A stretch of 32,000 bases of DNA from Candidatus Methylomirabilis oxygeniifera (GTDB taxonomy: Bacteria; Methylomirabilota; Methylomirabilia; Methylomirabilales; Methylomirabilaceae): NCBI GenBank assembly GCA_000091165.1, contig FP565575.1, positions 2,190,001-2,222,000 of the forward strand. The letters run 5' to 3'. Shown piece after piece: positions 8,067 to 15,667 of the stretch. The position numbers were made by a program, and so were the translations under genes. Numbering within the stretch: the stretch's first letter is position 1; every line of letters starts with the position of its first letter. A model generated the notes under the pieces. That model had not been told where the DNA came from. It did not search any database and saw nothing but the letters and a program-made list of their open reading frames with translations.

Positions 8067-8462
8067 CTACTTACCATTCCCTTGACTCAGCTTCGTGAGT
8101 TGTCCTTGCTCCAGGATCTGCCGTAATGCCTTACGAAACCTCACCTGTGCCAGCAGCACCTCCCCCTGGGTTGCTAGGAGTTGATTGGCCGCCTGGTCAA
8201 TCTCCTTGTCGGATGCCTTCTTATCTACGAGTAACTTCCTTAATTTCGTATCGGAATCTACTACCTTGTCTCGAAGCTTTCCAAATGTCTTCGTCAATTC
8301 ACCTTGCGCCGCATCAAGCTTGTTCCGTTGATCGGTCGAAAGACCGAGGCTCTGGAATGGATCGGCCTCTTTTGCCGGTCCCTGTTGAGCTGAAGCCATA
8401 CCTCCACCGATCAACATCGTTGTCATCAGCAGTCCAATCCCCAATCTCTTCCACGTGCGCAT
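8067..8462 (-). CDS. periplasmic Spy/CpxP-family (LTXXQ-like motif) protein
   Basis: From the ATG at 8462 (GGGGAG RBS): MRTWKRLGIGLLMTTMLIGGGMASAQQ signal peptide, then LGLSTDQRNKLDAAQ and helical K/Q/L-rich repeats typical of Spy/CpxP-like chaperones. Confidence 0.6.
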   Translation of the reverse strand: MRTWKRLGIGLLMTTMLIGGGMASAQQGPAKEADPFQSLGLSTDQRNKLDAAQGELTKTFGKLRDKVVDSDTKLRKLLVDKKASDKEIDQAANQLLATQGEVLLAQVRFRKALRQILEQGQLTKLSQGNGK

Positions 8463-8639
8463 ACCGTTCTCCCCTTTCCTCCAGGTGCGATAACCCAATG
8501 TTAAGCAACCACACAACGAGTCGCTATTTTACGCGGGAATACGGAACGATGAAAGCACAATCTTGCAGTCGGAAGGTGCGCTGTCCGGAGAAGCCGTCTC
8601 TGAGGGAGGCGTCGACCCCGCCGAGGGCGTTGGCGCCGC

Positions 8640-10106
8640 CTAAACCTGTCTTCTCATCTTCTCGACGGCGCGACGATAGAACTGCTCGTATTCTCCGGCA
8701 GAGCGATCCCAGGTGAAATCCGCCGTCATGGCATTCGTAATCAGTCGAGGCCACGGGGCTTTCTTGCGATACAACGCCAAAGCCTGCCGGATGGCTTGGA
8801 GAAAAGCGGGCGCAGTAGCGTCCTCGAACTTGAATCCGTTCCCCTGCCCCGTCTCTGGATCAAACCGGACAACGGTATCATCCAGTCCCCCCGTCGCGCG
8901 GACGACCGGAATGGTTCCGTAGGCCAGGCTGTACATCTGATTCAGGCCGCACGGCTCGTACCGCGAGGGCATCAGGAAGAGATCGGCTCCCGCTTCGATC
9001 TGATGTGATAGCGGCAGGTCGAAGCCGATTCTGACAGCTAATGTGGACGGGTGCTTAGCCGCCGCCTCGCGAAAGGCTGTTTCGAGTTGCTTCTCTCCGC
9101 TCCCCAGCAACACGAGCTGCACGTTCAGCGTCATCAGCGTATCCAGGATGTCGTGCAGCAAGTCCAGTCCCTTCTGCCAGGCCAGCCGGGAGATCACAGC
9201 CAGCAGAGGTACAGTCTCCCTGACCGGGAGCTTGAGCCGACGCTGCAGATCCGCCTTACACTGCGCCTTCCCTGAAAGATCATCGACTGTATAGTGAGCG
9301 GCGATGTGAGGATCGCCGGCCGGGCTCCACTCTTCGGGATCGATCCCATTTAATACACCGAACAGATCGCCATGCCGTTGCCTGAGAACGCCGTCCAGAC
9401 CGAACCCCTGATCGACAGTCTGGATCTCCTGGCTGTAGCGACGGCTTACGGTGGTAAGTAGGTCAGCGAAGAGCAGTCCGCCTTTCAGTAGATTGATCTT
9501 GCCGTAAAACTCAAGTCCAGCCGGCGTAAACAGCTCTCGAGGCAGCATCAATCCGGACAGCGCCTCAGGAGGGAAGAGACCCTGGTAGCCCAGGTTGTGG
9601 ATGGTGAAGACGGTCGCGGTCCGCTGAAAAAAGTGGTCACTGCGGAGGGTGGTCTTCAGATAGATAGGCAGCAGCGCCGTCTGCCAGTCGTTGGCGTGCA
9701 GAACCTCCGGCTGGAAATCGACCCGTCGGCATACCTCCAGAGCCGCCCGGCAGAATAGCGCGAAGCGCTCCGCATTGTCGGGGTAATCCTCTGCGGATAC
9801 GGTCTGATAGAGGCCGTCGCGATCAAACGAGGGGTCGTGGCGAACAAAGTAGACCGGCACCTCGCTGGAGAGGTTTCCCTCCAGCACGTCCACCGCTTGC
9901 GGGCCGGAGGATGCTGAAACGCTCAGTCCGCTTGCGACGATACGAAGCCGGTGTCGCCTGGCGTCTACAGCGCGGTAGAGCGGCATGATCAGCCGGACAT
10001 CATGCCCAAATCGACTGAGTGCCTTTGGCAAGGCGCCCGCTACGTCACCCAATCCTCCGGTGTGGGCAAAAGGCGCCGCCTCAGACGCGACAAAAAGAAT
10101 TTTCAT
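8640..10106 (-). CDS. glgA: glycogen synthase (ADP-glucose type)
   Basis: MKILFVASEAAPFAHTGGLGDVAGALPKAL N-terminal signature, HANDWQTAL, and MPSRYEPCGLNQMYSLAYGTIPVVRATGGLDDTV. Confidence 0.95.
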   Translation of the reverse strand: MKILFVASEAAPFAHTGGLGDVAGALPKALSRFGHDVRLIMPLYRAVDARRHRLRIVASGLSVSASSGPQAVDVLEGNLSSEVPVYFVRHDPSFDRDGLYQTVSAEDYPDNAERFALFCRAALEVCRRVDFQPEVLHANDWQTALLPIYLKTTLRSDHFFQRTATVFTIHNLGYQGLFPPEALSGLMLPRELFTPAGLEFYGKINLLKGGLLFADLLTTVSRRYSQEIQTVDQGFGLDGVLRQRHGDLFGVLNGIDPEEWSPAGDPHIAAHYTVDDLSGKAQCKADLQRRLKLPVRETVPLLAVISRLAWQKGLDLLHDILDTLMTLNVQLVLLGSGEKQLETAFREAAAKHPSTLAVRIGFDLPLSHQIEAGADLFLMPSRYEPCGLNQMYSLAYGTIPVVRATGGLDDTVVRFDPETGQGNGFKFEDATAPAFLQAIRQALALYRKKAPWPRLITNAMTADFTWDRSAGEYEQFYRRAVEKMRRQV

Positions 10107-10148
10107 CCGGGCGATTCTGCCCTCTGTGGAGCATGTAATGACAAGCGG

Positions 10149-10225
10149 TGGCGGGGCCGACGGGACTCGAACCCGCGACCTCCGGCGTGACAGGCCGGCG
10201 TTCTAACCGACTGAACTACGACCCC
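10149..10225 (-). tRNA. tRNA-Asp (GTC)
   Basis: The reverse complement reads GGGGTCGTAGTTCAGTCGGTTAGAACGCCGGCCTGTCACGCCGGAGGTCGCGGGTTCGAGTCCCGTCGGCCCCGCCA. Anticodon loop CTGTCAC, discriminator G, encoded CCA. Confidence 0.95.
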
Positions 10226-10322
10226 GCAAAGGCAGTAATTAGTGAATAGTGAGGAGTGATTGATAAAGTTTTCAGTAAAAGCCAACAACCACCCCCAGTA
10301 ATTTCAGCCTAACTGACACTAC

Positions 10323-10397
10323 TGGTGGGCGAAGAAGGTGTCGAACCTCCGACCCCCTGCTTGTAAGGCAGGTGCTCTCCCGCTGAGCTATTCGCCC
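10323..10397 (-). tRNA. tRNA-Val (TAC)
   Basis: The reverse complement reads GGGCGAATAGCTCAGCGGGAGAGCACCTGCCTTACAAGCAGGGGGTCGGAGGTTCGACACCTTCTTCGCCCACCA. Anticodon loop CTTACAA, encoded CCA. Confidence 0.95.
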
Positions 10398-10438
10398 GGC
10401 TACGACCACCCGATACCTCGGGGAAGCAACCGGCCATC

Positions 10439-10466
10439 AGTATAGCCTATCAAGACCAAGTGTCAA
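10439..10466 (-). promoter_or_regulatory. candidate promoter of the tRNA-Val/tRNA-Asp transcription unit
   Basis: Minus strand: TTGACA (10466-10461), 16-nt spacer, TATACT (10444-10439), about 40 nt upstream of tRNA-Val. Confidence 0.6.
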
Positions 10467-10572
10467 GCCGAAACGCTACTCACCGTGGACCAAGATCTTC
10501 GATTGACCTTCCGTTTATGAGTGGATCGAAAAGAAGTTGGAGTGAAGCGCCATCGATGCCCTAGCGCTTACT

Positions 10573-10610
10573 GAACCGCCCTCCGAACTGGAGAGTCCGG
10601 AGGGCGGTTC
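10573..10610 (-). terminator. 13-bp perfect hairpin immediately 3' of tmRNA
   Basis: gaaccgccctccg (10573-10585) pairs with cggagggcggttc (10598-10610) around a 12-nt loop, 14 nt beyond the tmRNA CCA end. There is no clear U-run, so it may be a processing or termination structure. Confidence 0.5.
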
Positions 10611-10623
10611 AATTGTATTGCAT

Positions 10624-10973
10624 TGGTGGAGGCGGCGGGAGTCGAACCCGCGTCCGAGAACATGTCGGAAAGAGCATCTACGTGCGTAGCCTGCGTATGA
10701 ATTTTCGCCCCTTCAGGCCCCCACAGGCGGGGTCCCGGAGCGGCTAGCTCATGTGATCTTGCCCGCCTCCCCAAAGCGAGAGAGGCCAGCCAGCCCGTCT
10801 AGTCGGCGCCCAGATCCCGCCCGACAGGCGAAGCGGGGTGGACGTGGCTACCCTTAGGCGGCCAGTGCCAGTTCGTGATTGGCAGTTGCTTGTGTTCCCA
10901 CCTTTTCACGAGGTGATGGGTCCTCGGCACGCAGCCCTGACGCCCTTGCCCCCGTCGAAACCGGAGCGCCCCC
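10624..10973 (-). ncRNA. ssrA: tmRNA (SsrA)
   Basis: The minus strand starts GGGGGCGCTCCGGTTTCGACGGGGGCAAGG and ends GGACGCGGGTTCGACTCCCGCCGCCTCCACCA. The acceptor stem has a G3:U pair. The internal tag frame GCA ACT GCC AAT CAC GAA CTG GCA CTG GCC GCC TAA (10889-10854) encodes ...ANHELALAA*. It lies directly downstream of smpB. Confidence 0.93.
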
Positions 10974-11026
10974 ATACGAAAGACGGTACCGTACATGATT
11001 GGGCGTAAAGGCAGACAGCTGCTTAT

Positions 11027-11055
11027 AGCTTAAGCCGATCGACTGGAAAAGTCAA
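11027..11055 (-). promoter_or_regulatory. possible ssrA promoter
   Basis: Minus strand: TTGACT (11055-11050), 17-nt spacer, TAAGCT (11032-11027), between the smpB stop and the tmRNA 5' end. Confidence 0.3.
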
Positions 11056-11058
11056 CGG

Positions 11059-11532
11059 TTACCCCCGGTCGGCGCAGCCGCGAGCGAGCTGGGCCATCTC
11101 TTTCGTCATCGCGCGCTGCTTCAGGGTTTCCCGCTTGTCGTACAGCTTCTTCCCTCGGGCCAAGGCCAGCTCTACCTTGATCTTCCGCCCAGCCACATAG
11201 ACACTCAAGGGGATCACGGTGAGGCCCTTTGTCTGAACCTTCCCCATGAGTCTCATGATCTCCTCACGGTGCAACAGGAGTTTTCGCGTCCGATTCGGAT
11301 CCGGATTGAACCGGTTGCCGGCGGCATACGGACTGATGTGACAGTTAAACAGATATGCCTCCTCGTCCTCGATCGCGGCGTAGCTGTCTTTCAGGTCGGC
11401 CCCGCCCTCCCGCAGTGATTTTACCTCGGTCCCGGTGAGAGCTATCCCGGCCTCGATGACCTCTTCGATCTGGTACTCATACCTCGCCCGCCGATTGGAG
11501 CAGAGGATTCTTTTTTCCTGCGTCTGTGCCAT
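11059..11532 (-). CDS. smpB: SsrA-binding protein
   Basis: From the ATG at 11532: MAQTQEKRILCSNRRARYEYQIEEVIEAGIALTGTEVKSLREG...LLLHREEI...GLTVIPLSVY is the canonical SmpB pattern. The ORF-track N-terminal extension to 11595 is unlikely. Confidence 0.93.
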   Translation of the reverse strand: MAQTQEKRILCSNRRARYEYQIEEVIEAGIALTGTEVKSLREGGADLKDSYAAIEDEEAYLFNCHISPYAAGNRFNPDPNRTRKLLLHREEIMRLMGKVQTKGLTVIPLSVYVAGRKIKVELALARGKKLYDKRETLKQRAMTKEMAQLARGCADRG

Positions 11533-11824
11533 TAAGCCGACTATAGCGTAGCCTGACAGGATGCGACAAGTAGAATTCCAGATTCCCGGACTCACACACC
11601 AGGTATGATCAATGAAGGACGAGTGCCTCTACCCCATACAAGAGTTCTGAGGTAGAGCAGGGTCGTTTGGAGGCTACGCACCTTGATTGTCCTGCACTAT
11701 GTAAAATTGCTGAGGCCTTTTTTCCCTTGACAGATCATAGGAGAGTCTGGTAAGAGCTTCCAAAGCGGGCCGTCAGGAGCGGATGGTGATCGACTTATTA
11801 TAATGTACTGCGAAAGGAGGGGGC

Positions 11825-12097
11825 ATGACCAAGGCGGAACTCGTGGACAAGGTTGCCAAGGATGCATGCATCACAAAAAAGGCGGCGGAATCGGCCCTGG
11901 CCAGCGTCACAGCAGGGATACGGGACTCACTCAAGAAGGGGAAAAAGGTCACCCTGGTAGGCTTCGGGACGTTCTCTGTCGCCAGACGAGCGGCCCGGAA
12001 TGGGCGCAATCCTCAAACGGGTGATATCATCAAGATCAAGGCAGCGAAGACCCCGCGATTCAGAGCGGGAAAAGCCTTGAAAGACGCCGTCAGGTAA
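11825..12097 (+). CDS. hup: HU-family nucleoid DNA-binding protein
   Basis: [12 protein letters not shown]...[48 protein letters not shown] is the classical HU/IHF signature. AAGGAGG RBS at 11814-11820. Confidence 0.95.
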   Translation: MTKAELVDKVAKDACITKKAAESALASVTAGIRDSLKKGKKVTLVGFGTFSVARRAARNGRNPQTGDIIKIKAAKTPRFRAGKALKDAVR

Positions 12098-12155
12098 GTC
12101 GGATCTGCCGACGATTTGATCTGTCGATCATTCCGTCAGGCGTGACAGAATGCGA

Positions 12156-12191
12156 CGAAGAGGAGAGGAAGAGCCTCTCCTCTTCGTTTTT
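12156..12191 (+). terminator. rho-independent terminator of the HU gene
   Basis: cgaagaggagagg (12156-12168) pairs with cctctcctcttcg (12174-12186) around a 5-nt loop, followed by TTTTT (12187-12191). Confidence 0.85.
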
Positions 12192-12341
12192 GTGAATGAT
12201 TCGGAACTGCTGAGGTTAATAGGCTGAGGACTTTTGGGGGTAGGCACCGAGAAGGTCTTGAACGGCTCGATTCGTGCTTCGCGTAACGATTGATATGTCT
12301 ATGCTTCAGCCTTCGGTCTTCAGCCGGAACCCCTGGAACGC

Positions 12342-12869
12342 TCACAAGCGTTTGAGAGTGGTGATCCGACGCTTGGCCTGCTTCGATGGGCGTCGAGTAG
12401 GGCCTTTTCGGCTCCGAGGTCCTGGATATTCTGGTTCCGGCTCATCATCGTCTTTTTGAAACTCTCCCTCACCCCCATTTCGCAGCGTACGATCCAGGCG
12501 CTCGTGAAACTCTTCGGCAGAGAGGGTCACAGCGCCGGTCCGTGCGACGCCATCTGCCAGCGCTCGATCTGAGGTGACGACGACCGCCCCGGATGGCGCC
12601 CTCTCAACAAATCGCAGGATAGCCTGATCGGCCTGCTCTCCGCGACGTGTAAACACCACCTGTAGTCCGGCGGCGGATTTTACCTGTTCGCTCATCCCGC
12701 CTCGTTCCCAGCCATCGAACACGACAGTAATTCGGTGGTCCTTGATGCGTCGGTAAGCGGACAATGTTGCCAGGAGCGCTTCCCGACCCTCTTCCATATC
12801 CCGGCGATCAAGGAGGGCAAATCGAGGGGAACGACGGATCAGATTATAGCCATCAATGACAATCCACAT
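12342..12869 (-). CDS. YacP/Rae1-like NYN-domain ribonuclease
   Basis: MWIVIDGYNLIRR...ITVVFDG...VVFTRRGEQADQAILRFV...VVVTSDRAL parallels B. subtilis YacP (Rae1) motif for motif. It has a basic C-terminal tail. The ATG lies 9 nt after the thiE stop. Confidence 0.8.
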   Translation of the reverse strand: MWIVIDGYNLIRRSPRFALLDRRDMEEGREALLATLSAYRRIKDHRITVVFDGWERGGMSEQVKSAAGLQVVFTRRGEQADQAILRFVERAPSGAVVVTSDRALADGVARTGAVTLSAEEFHERLDRTLRNGGEGEFQKDDDEPEPEYPGPRSRKGPTRRPSKQAKRRITTLKRL

Positions 12870-12878
12870 GGATAGGAC

Positions 12879-13595
12879 CTAGCCCCCGGCTGCAGAGCGG
12901 ACGACCTGGAGCAGGCTAGACACAGCATCGGCCGGATCGTCCGCCGTCATGACAGCGGAGATCATGGCCGCCCCGTCGGCGCCGGCCGCCACCACGGAAG
13001 CCACATTGACGACAGTGACCCCTCCAATGCCGAGGATTGGAAGTCGAACCTGCCGTCTCACCTCACTGAGCCGCATGAGGCCGACGGGCGGCCCGTACGC
13101 TGCCTTGGACGGCGTCGGGAACAGGGGACCGAATACGATAAAATCCGCTCCGCCTCTCTCGGCCTCAATCACCTCTTCGAGTGAGTGGCAGGAGACGCCG
13201 ACCAGGCGCGCTGGCCCCAACAGGGCTCGCGCCTCGGCAGGCGGGAGGCTTGTTCTGGAAAGATGGACACCGTCGATCGGCAGGGCCAACGTCAGATCGA
13301 CTCGATCATTGATGAGGAGGCTGGCGCCTCGCCCGCGCACAATAGGCAGGAGTCGCTCCACCAGTTGATAGAGATCCCGCGTCGAGAGATCCTTCTCACG
13401 AAGCTGGATGGCTTTCGCCCCACCGGCAAGCGCGGCTTCAATGACCACTTCCAGGGGTCGACCGTTCGTCAGAGAGCGATCGGTGACGACATACAGACCC
13501 CACGAAGAAGGAGGGTGGAGGGTGGAGGGTGGAGGGTGGATCGAAAATGCCGTCTGAGAGTCTACGGGTCGCATACCTGACTCGACACTCGACAC
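12879..13595 (-). CDS. thiE: thiamine-phosphate synthase
   Basis: GLYVVTDRSL...AIQLREKDL...LLINDRVDLTLAL.IDGVHL...VGVSCHSLEE...ADFIVFGPLFPTPSK...LPILGIGGV are canonical ThiE motifs. The start is uncertain (GTG 13595 or ATG 13574). Either start puts a 25-33 aa leader carrying a heptanucleotide repeat ahead of the conserved core. Confidence 0.9.
   Translation of the reverse strand: MSSVESGMRPVDSQTAFSIHPPPSTLHPPSSWGLYVVTDRSLTNGRPLEVVIEAALAGGAKAIQLREKDLSTRDLYQLVERLLPIVRGRGASLLINDRVDLTLALPIDGVHLSRTSLPPAEARALLGPARLVGVSCHSLEEVIEAERGGADFIVFGPLFPTPSKAAYGPPVGLMRLSEVRRQVRLPILGIGGVTVVNVASVVAAGADGAAMISAVMTADDPADAVSSLLQVVRSAAGG
13510..13540. repeat. (GGGTGGA)x4 tandem heptanucleotide repeat / G3N4 G-quadruplex motif
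   Basis: Plus strand: gga GGGTGGA GGGTGGA GGGTGGA GGGTGGA, with units at 13513, 13520, 13527 and 13534. On the coding (minus) strand it is (TCCACCC)x4, translated as HPPPSTLHPPSS. Confidence 0.95.
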
Positions 13596-13607
13596 TTGAA
13601 ACTGACG

Positions 13608-14417
13608 TTACTCGATCATACCTTCCAGCGGGCTCGATGCGCTGGCGTAGAGCTTCTTCGGGATTCGTCCGGCCAGGTACGACAATCGCCCGGCGATGAT
13701 CGCGTGTCGCATCGCTGTCGCCATCCCGATCGGATCCTTGGCGCCGGCAATCGCCGTATTCATCAGTACGCCATCGCATCCCAGCTCCATAGCGATAGAG
13801 GCATCCGACGCCGTGCCCACCCCCGCATCGACAATAATCGGGACCCGAGCCGCCTCGAGAATGATCCTGATGTTGTGCGGGTTTCGTATCCCAAGACCGG
13901 AACCGATGGGGGCGGCGAGCGGCATCACGACGGCTGCGCCGGCATCCTCCAGCTTCTTCGCCATGATCGGATCGTCGTTGGTATAAGGCAAGACCACAAA
14001 ACCCTCCCTGACTAATACCTTGGTCGCCTTCAGCAGTTCCTCATTGTCCGGGAAGAGGGTCCGCTGATCGCCGATCACCTCCAGCTTGACCATGTCCGAG
14101 AGACCGACCTCTCGGGCCAGCATCGCGGTCTTGATCGCCTCTTCCGCACTGTAGCAGCCGGCGGTGTTGGGTAGGAGCGCATACTTTTCGGTGTCGATGT
14201 AGTCCAGGAGCGACTCCCGGGTTCGATCCAGGTTCACCCTTCTGACCGCTACCGTCACCATCTCGGCGCCGGAGGCCTCGTGCGCCTGTTGCATCGTCCG
14301 ATGGTCCGGAAATTTACCCGTCCCGACGATGAGTCGCGACCGAAACTCTCTGTCGCCAATTTTTAGAATATCCTCCCTCTCTCTCACACTATTCTCCAAC
14401 GCCGCCCCGCTCCTCAT
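13608..14417 (-). CDS. thiG: thiazole synthase
   Basis: [19 protein letters not shown]...LLPNTAGC...VKLEVIGD...VLPYTNDDP...[14 protein letters not shown]...[14 protein letters not shown] are canonical ThiG motifs. Its ATG overlaps the thiS TGA (ATGA). Confidence 0.95.
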   Translation of the reverse strand: MRSGAALENSVREREDILKIGDREFRSRLIVGTGKFPDHRTMQQAHEASGAEMVTVAVRRVNLDRTRESLLDYIDTEKYALLPNTAGCYSAEEAIKTAMLAREVGLSDMVKLEVIGDQRTLFPDNEELLKATKVLVREGFVVLPYTNDDPIMAKKLEDAGAAVVMPLAAPIGSGLGIRNPHNIRIILEAARVPIIVDAGVGTASDASIAMELGCDGVLMNTAIAGAKDPIGMATAMRHAIIAGRLSYLAGRIPKKLYASASSPLEGMIE

Positions 14418-14620
14418 GAGGACCCGCCGGCCATGAAAGTAATGATCTCCAACGTGTCCCCCGCCTGCAGCAGAGTGCTCTCATGCAGCTCACGTTTGAT
14501 AATCCGCTCATTGAGCTGAACAGCCACCCTGAGCGGATTGATCTGTAACTCCTCCAGCAGCCTGGTGATCGTCGCGTCATCTGCCACTGTACGCGTCTTC
14601 CCGTTGACGATGAGTTCCAC
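14414..14620 (-). CDS. thiS: sulfur-carrier protein ThiS (with a 2-residue extension after Gly-Gly)
   Basis: 68 aa, GTG start. (M)[11 protein letters not shown]...[37 protein letters not shown] has the ubiquitin-like ThiS pattern. It sits directly upstream of thiG. Confidence 0.85.
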   Translation of the reverse strand: MELIVNGKTRTVADDATITRLLEELQINPLRVAVQLNERIIKRELHESTLLQAGDTLEIITFMAGGSS

Positions 14621-14735
14621 GATGAAGCTCTTCCTGACCAGCGAATGCTATTAGCGATCAGCGTTCAGTAAAGAGAAGGTTGCTTGTCTTTCCGGGTCTC
14701 GCTGAACGCTGAGTGCTGAGCGCTGCTTTATTGTG

Positions 14736-14764
14736 ACCTTACCCCACGTATGACAACTTGTCAA
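14736..14764 (-). promoter_or_regulatory. candidate thiS operon promoter with a palindrome over the -35
   Basis: Minus strand: TTGACA (14764-14759), 17-nt spacer, TAAGGT (14741-14736). The 13-bp palindrome TGACAA-N-TTGTCA (14751-14763) overlaps the -35 hexamer. Confidence 0.45.
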
Positions 14765-14788
14765 CGAGGGCAAGGGCCTGCGACCTCC

Positions 14789-15592
14789 TCAGATCCCGCC
14801 GCGCTTCTGCCCACTGAATATCGGCGGACGCTTCTCGGCAAAGGCCGTTAACCCTTCGCGGACATCTGCGCTCTGGCTGCTGAGGGCGATGAGCTGAGCT
14901 TCGTTCTCCATCTGGGTCTCCAGGCTTGCATGGTCGCTCATGAACAGAAGCCGCTTGGCCCGACCGAGGGCGAGCCTCGAGCCGGAGGCCAGCTCGTCGG
15001 CCATGGCGCGTACAGTGGTCACGAACTCGGCGTCCGGTACGACCCGGTTGACCAGTCCCCATGCTGCCGCCTCGCCTGCCGTCAGGATCCGGTTGGTGAA
15101 GGTTAACTCCATCGCCCGTCGCAACCCTACCAATCGGGGAAGAAAATAACTTGAGCCGGCATCAGGGGGGAGTCCGAGCCTCGTATAGGCCATGGTAAAT
15201 CGGGCCGACTGAGTCGCCACAGCCAGATCACAGGCCATGGCCAAGCCCATCCCGGCGCCGGCGGCCACCCCACCCACTCCGGCAATGACCGGTTTCGGCA
15301 TCCGACAGATGCATGAGATCACGCCGTGGAGAGACACTAACAGCCGCTTGACGTGCAGGGTGAGGGTATCGGCGTGCTCGATAAGCTCTCCGACATCTCC
15401 GCCGGCGCAAAAGGCCTGGCCAGCGCCCATCAGCACGACGACGCGAACCGTTCGGTCCTCGCGACTGGTGAGGACCGCCTCCAGCAGCTCCTCCACCATC
15501 TGCCCGTTCAACGCGTTGTAGCACTCAGGTCGGTTCAGGGTGATCGTAGCTACCGAACCCTGTACCGTGTATATCAGTGTCTTGTAGGCCAT
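14789..15592 (-). CDS. enoyl-CoA hydratase/isomerase (crotonase) family protein
   Basis: From the ATG at 15592: MAYKTLIYTVQGSVATITLNRPECYNAL...VVLMGAGQAFCAGGDV...PVIAGVGGVAAGAGMGLAMACD is the crotonase oxyanion-hole pattern. The ORF-track start at 15607 is a TTG. Confidence 0.88.
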   Translation of the reverse strand: MAYKTLIYTVQGSVATITLNRPECYNALNGQMVEELLEAVLTSREDRTVRVVVLMGAGQAFCAGGDVGELIEHADTLTLHVKRLLVSLHGVISCICRMPKPVIAGVGGVAAGAGMGLAMACDLAVATQSARFTMAYTRLGLPPDAGSSYFLPRLVGLRRAMELTFTNRILTAGEAAAWGLVNRVVPDAEFVTTVRAMADELASGSRLALGRAKRLLFMSDHASLETQMENEAQLIALSSQSADVREGLTAFAEKRPPIFSGQKRGGI

Positions 15593-15667
15593 TCTGCCCC
15601 TACTCAACGCAAAGATACGGAAGGACTGAACACCGCTAAAAGCCTTTAGCCCTCGGTCTCCAGCCTC

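Noticed and set aside
10568-10996. 68-aa and 65-aa ORFs on the minus strand
   Set aside because: They lie inside or overlap the tmRNA gene, whose ends and tag frame are unambiguous.
14621-14735. TPP (THI-box) riboswitch upstream of thiS
   Set aside because: Only partial matches to the pyrophosphate-sensor half are present (CUGAUC..UAAUA..AGGAAG). The GGGG...CUGAGA element and a 4-5 bp P5 stem are absent, and the spacing is wrong. It is not annotated as a riboswitch and is kept as a finding to test with a covariance model.
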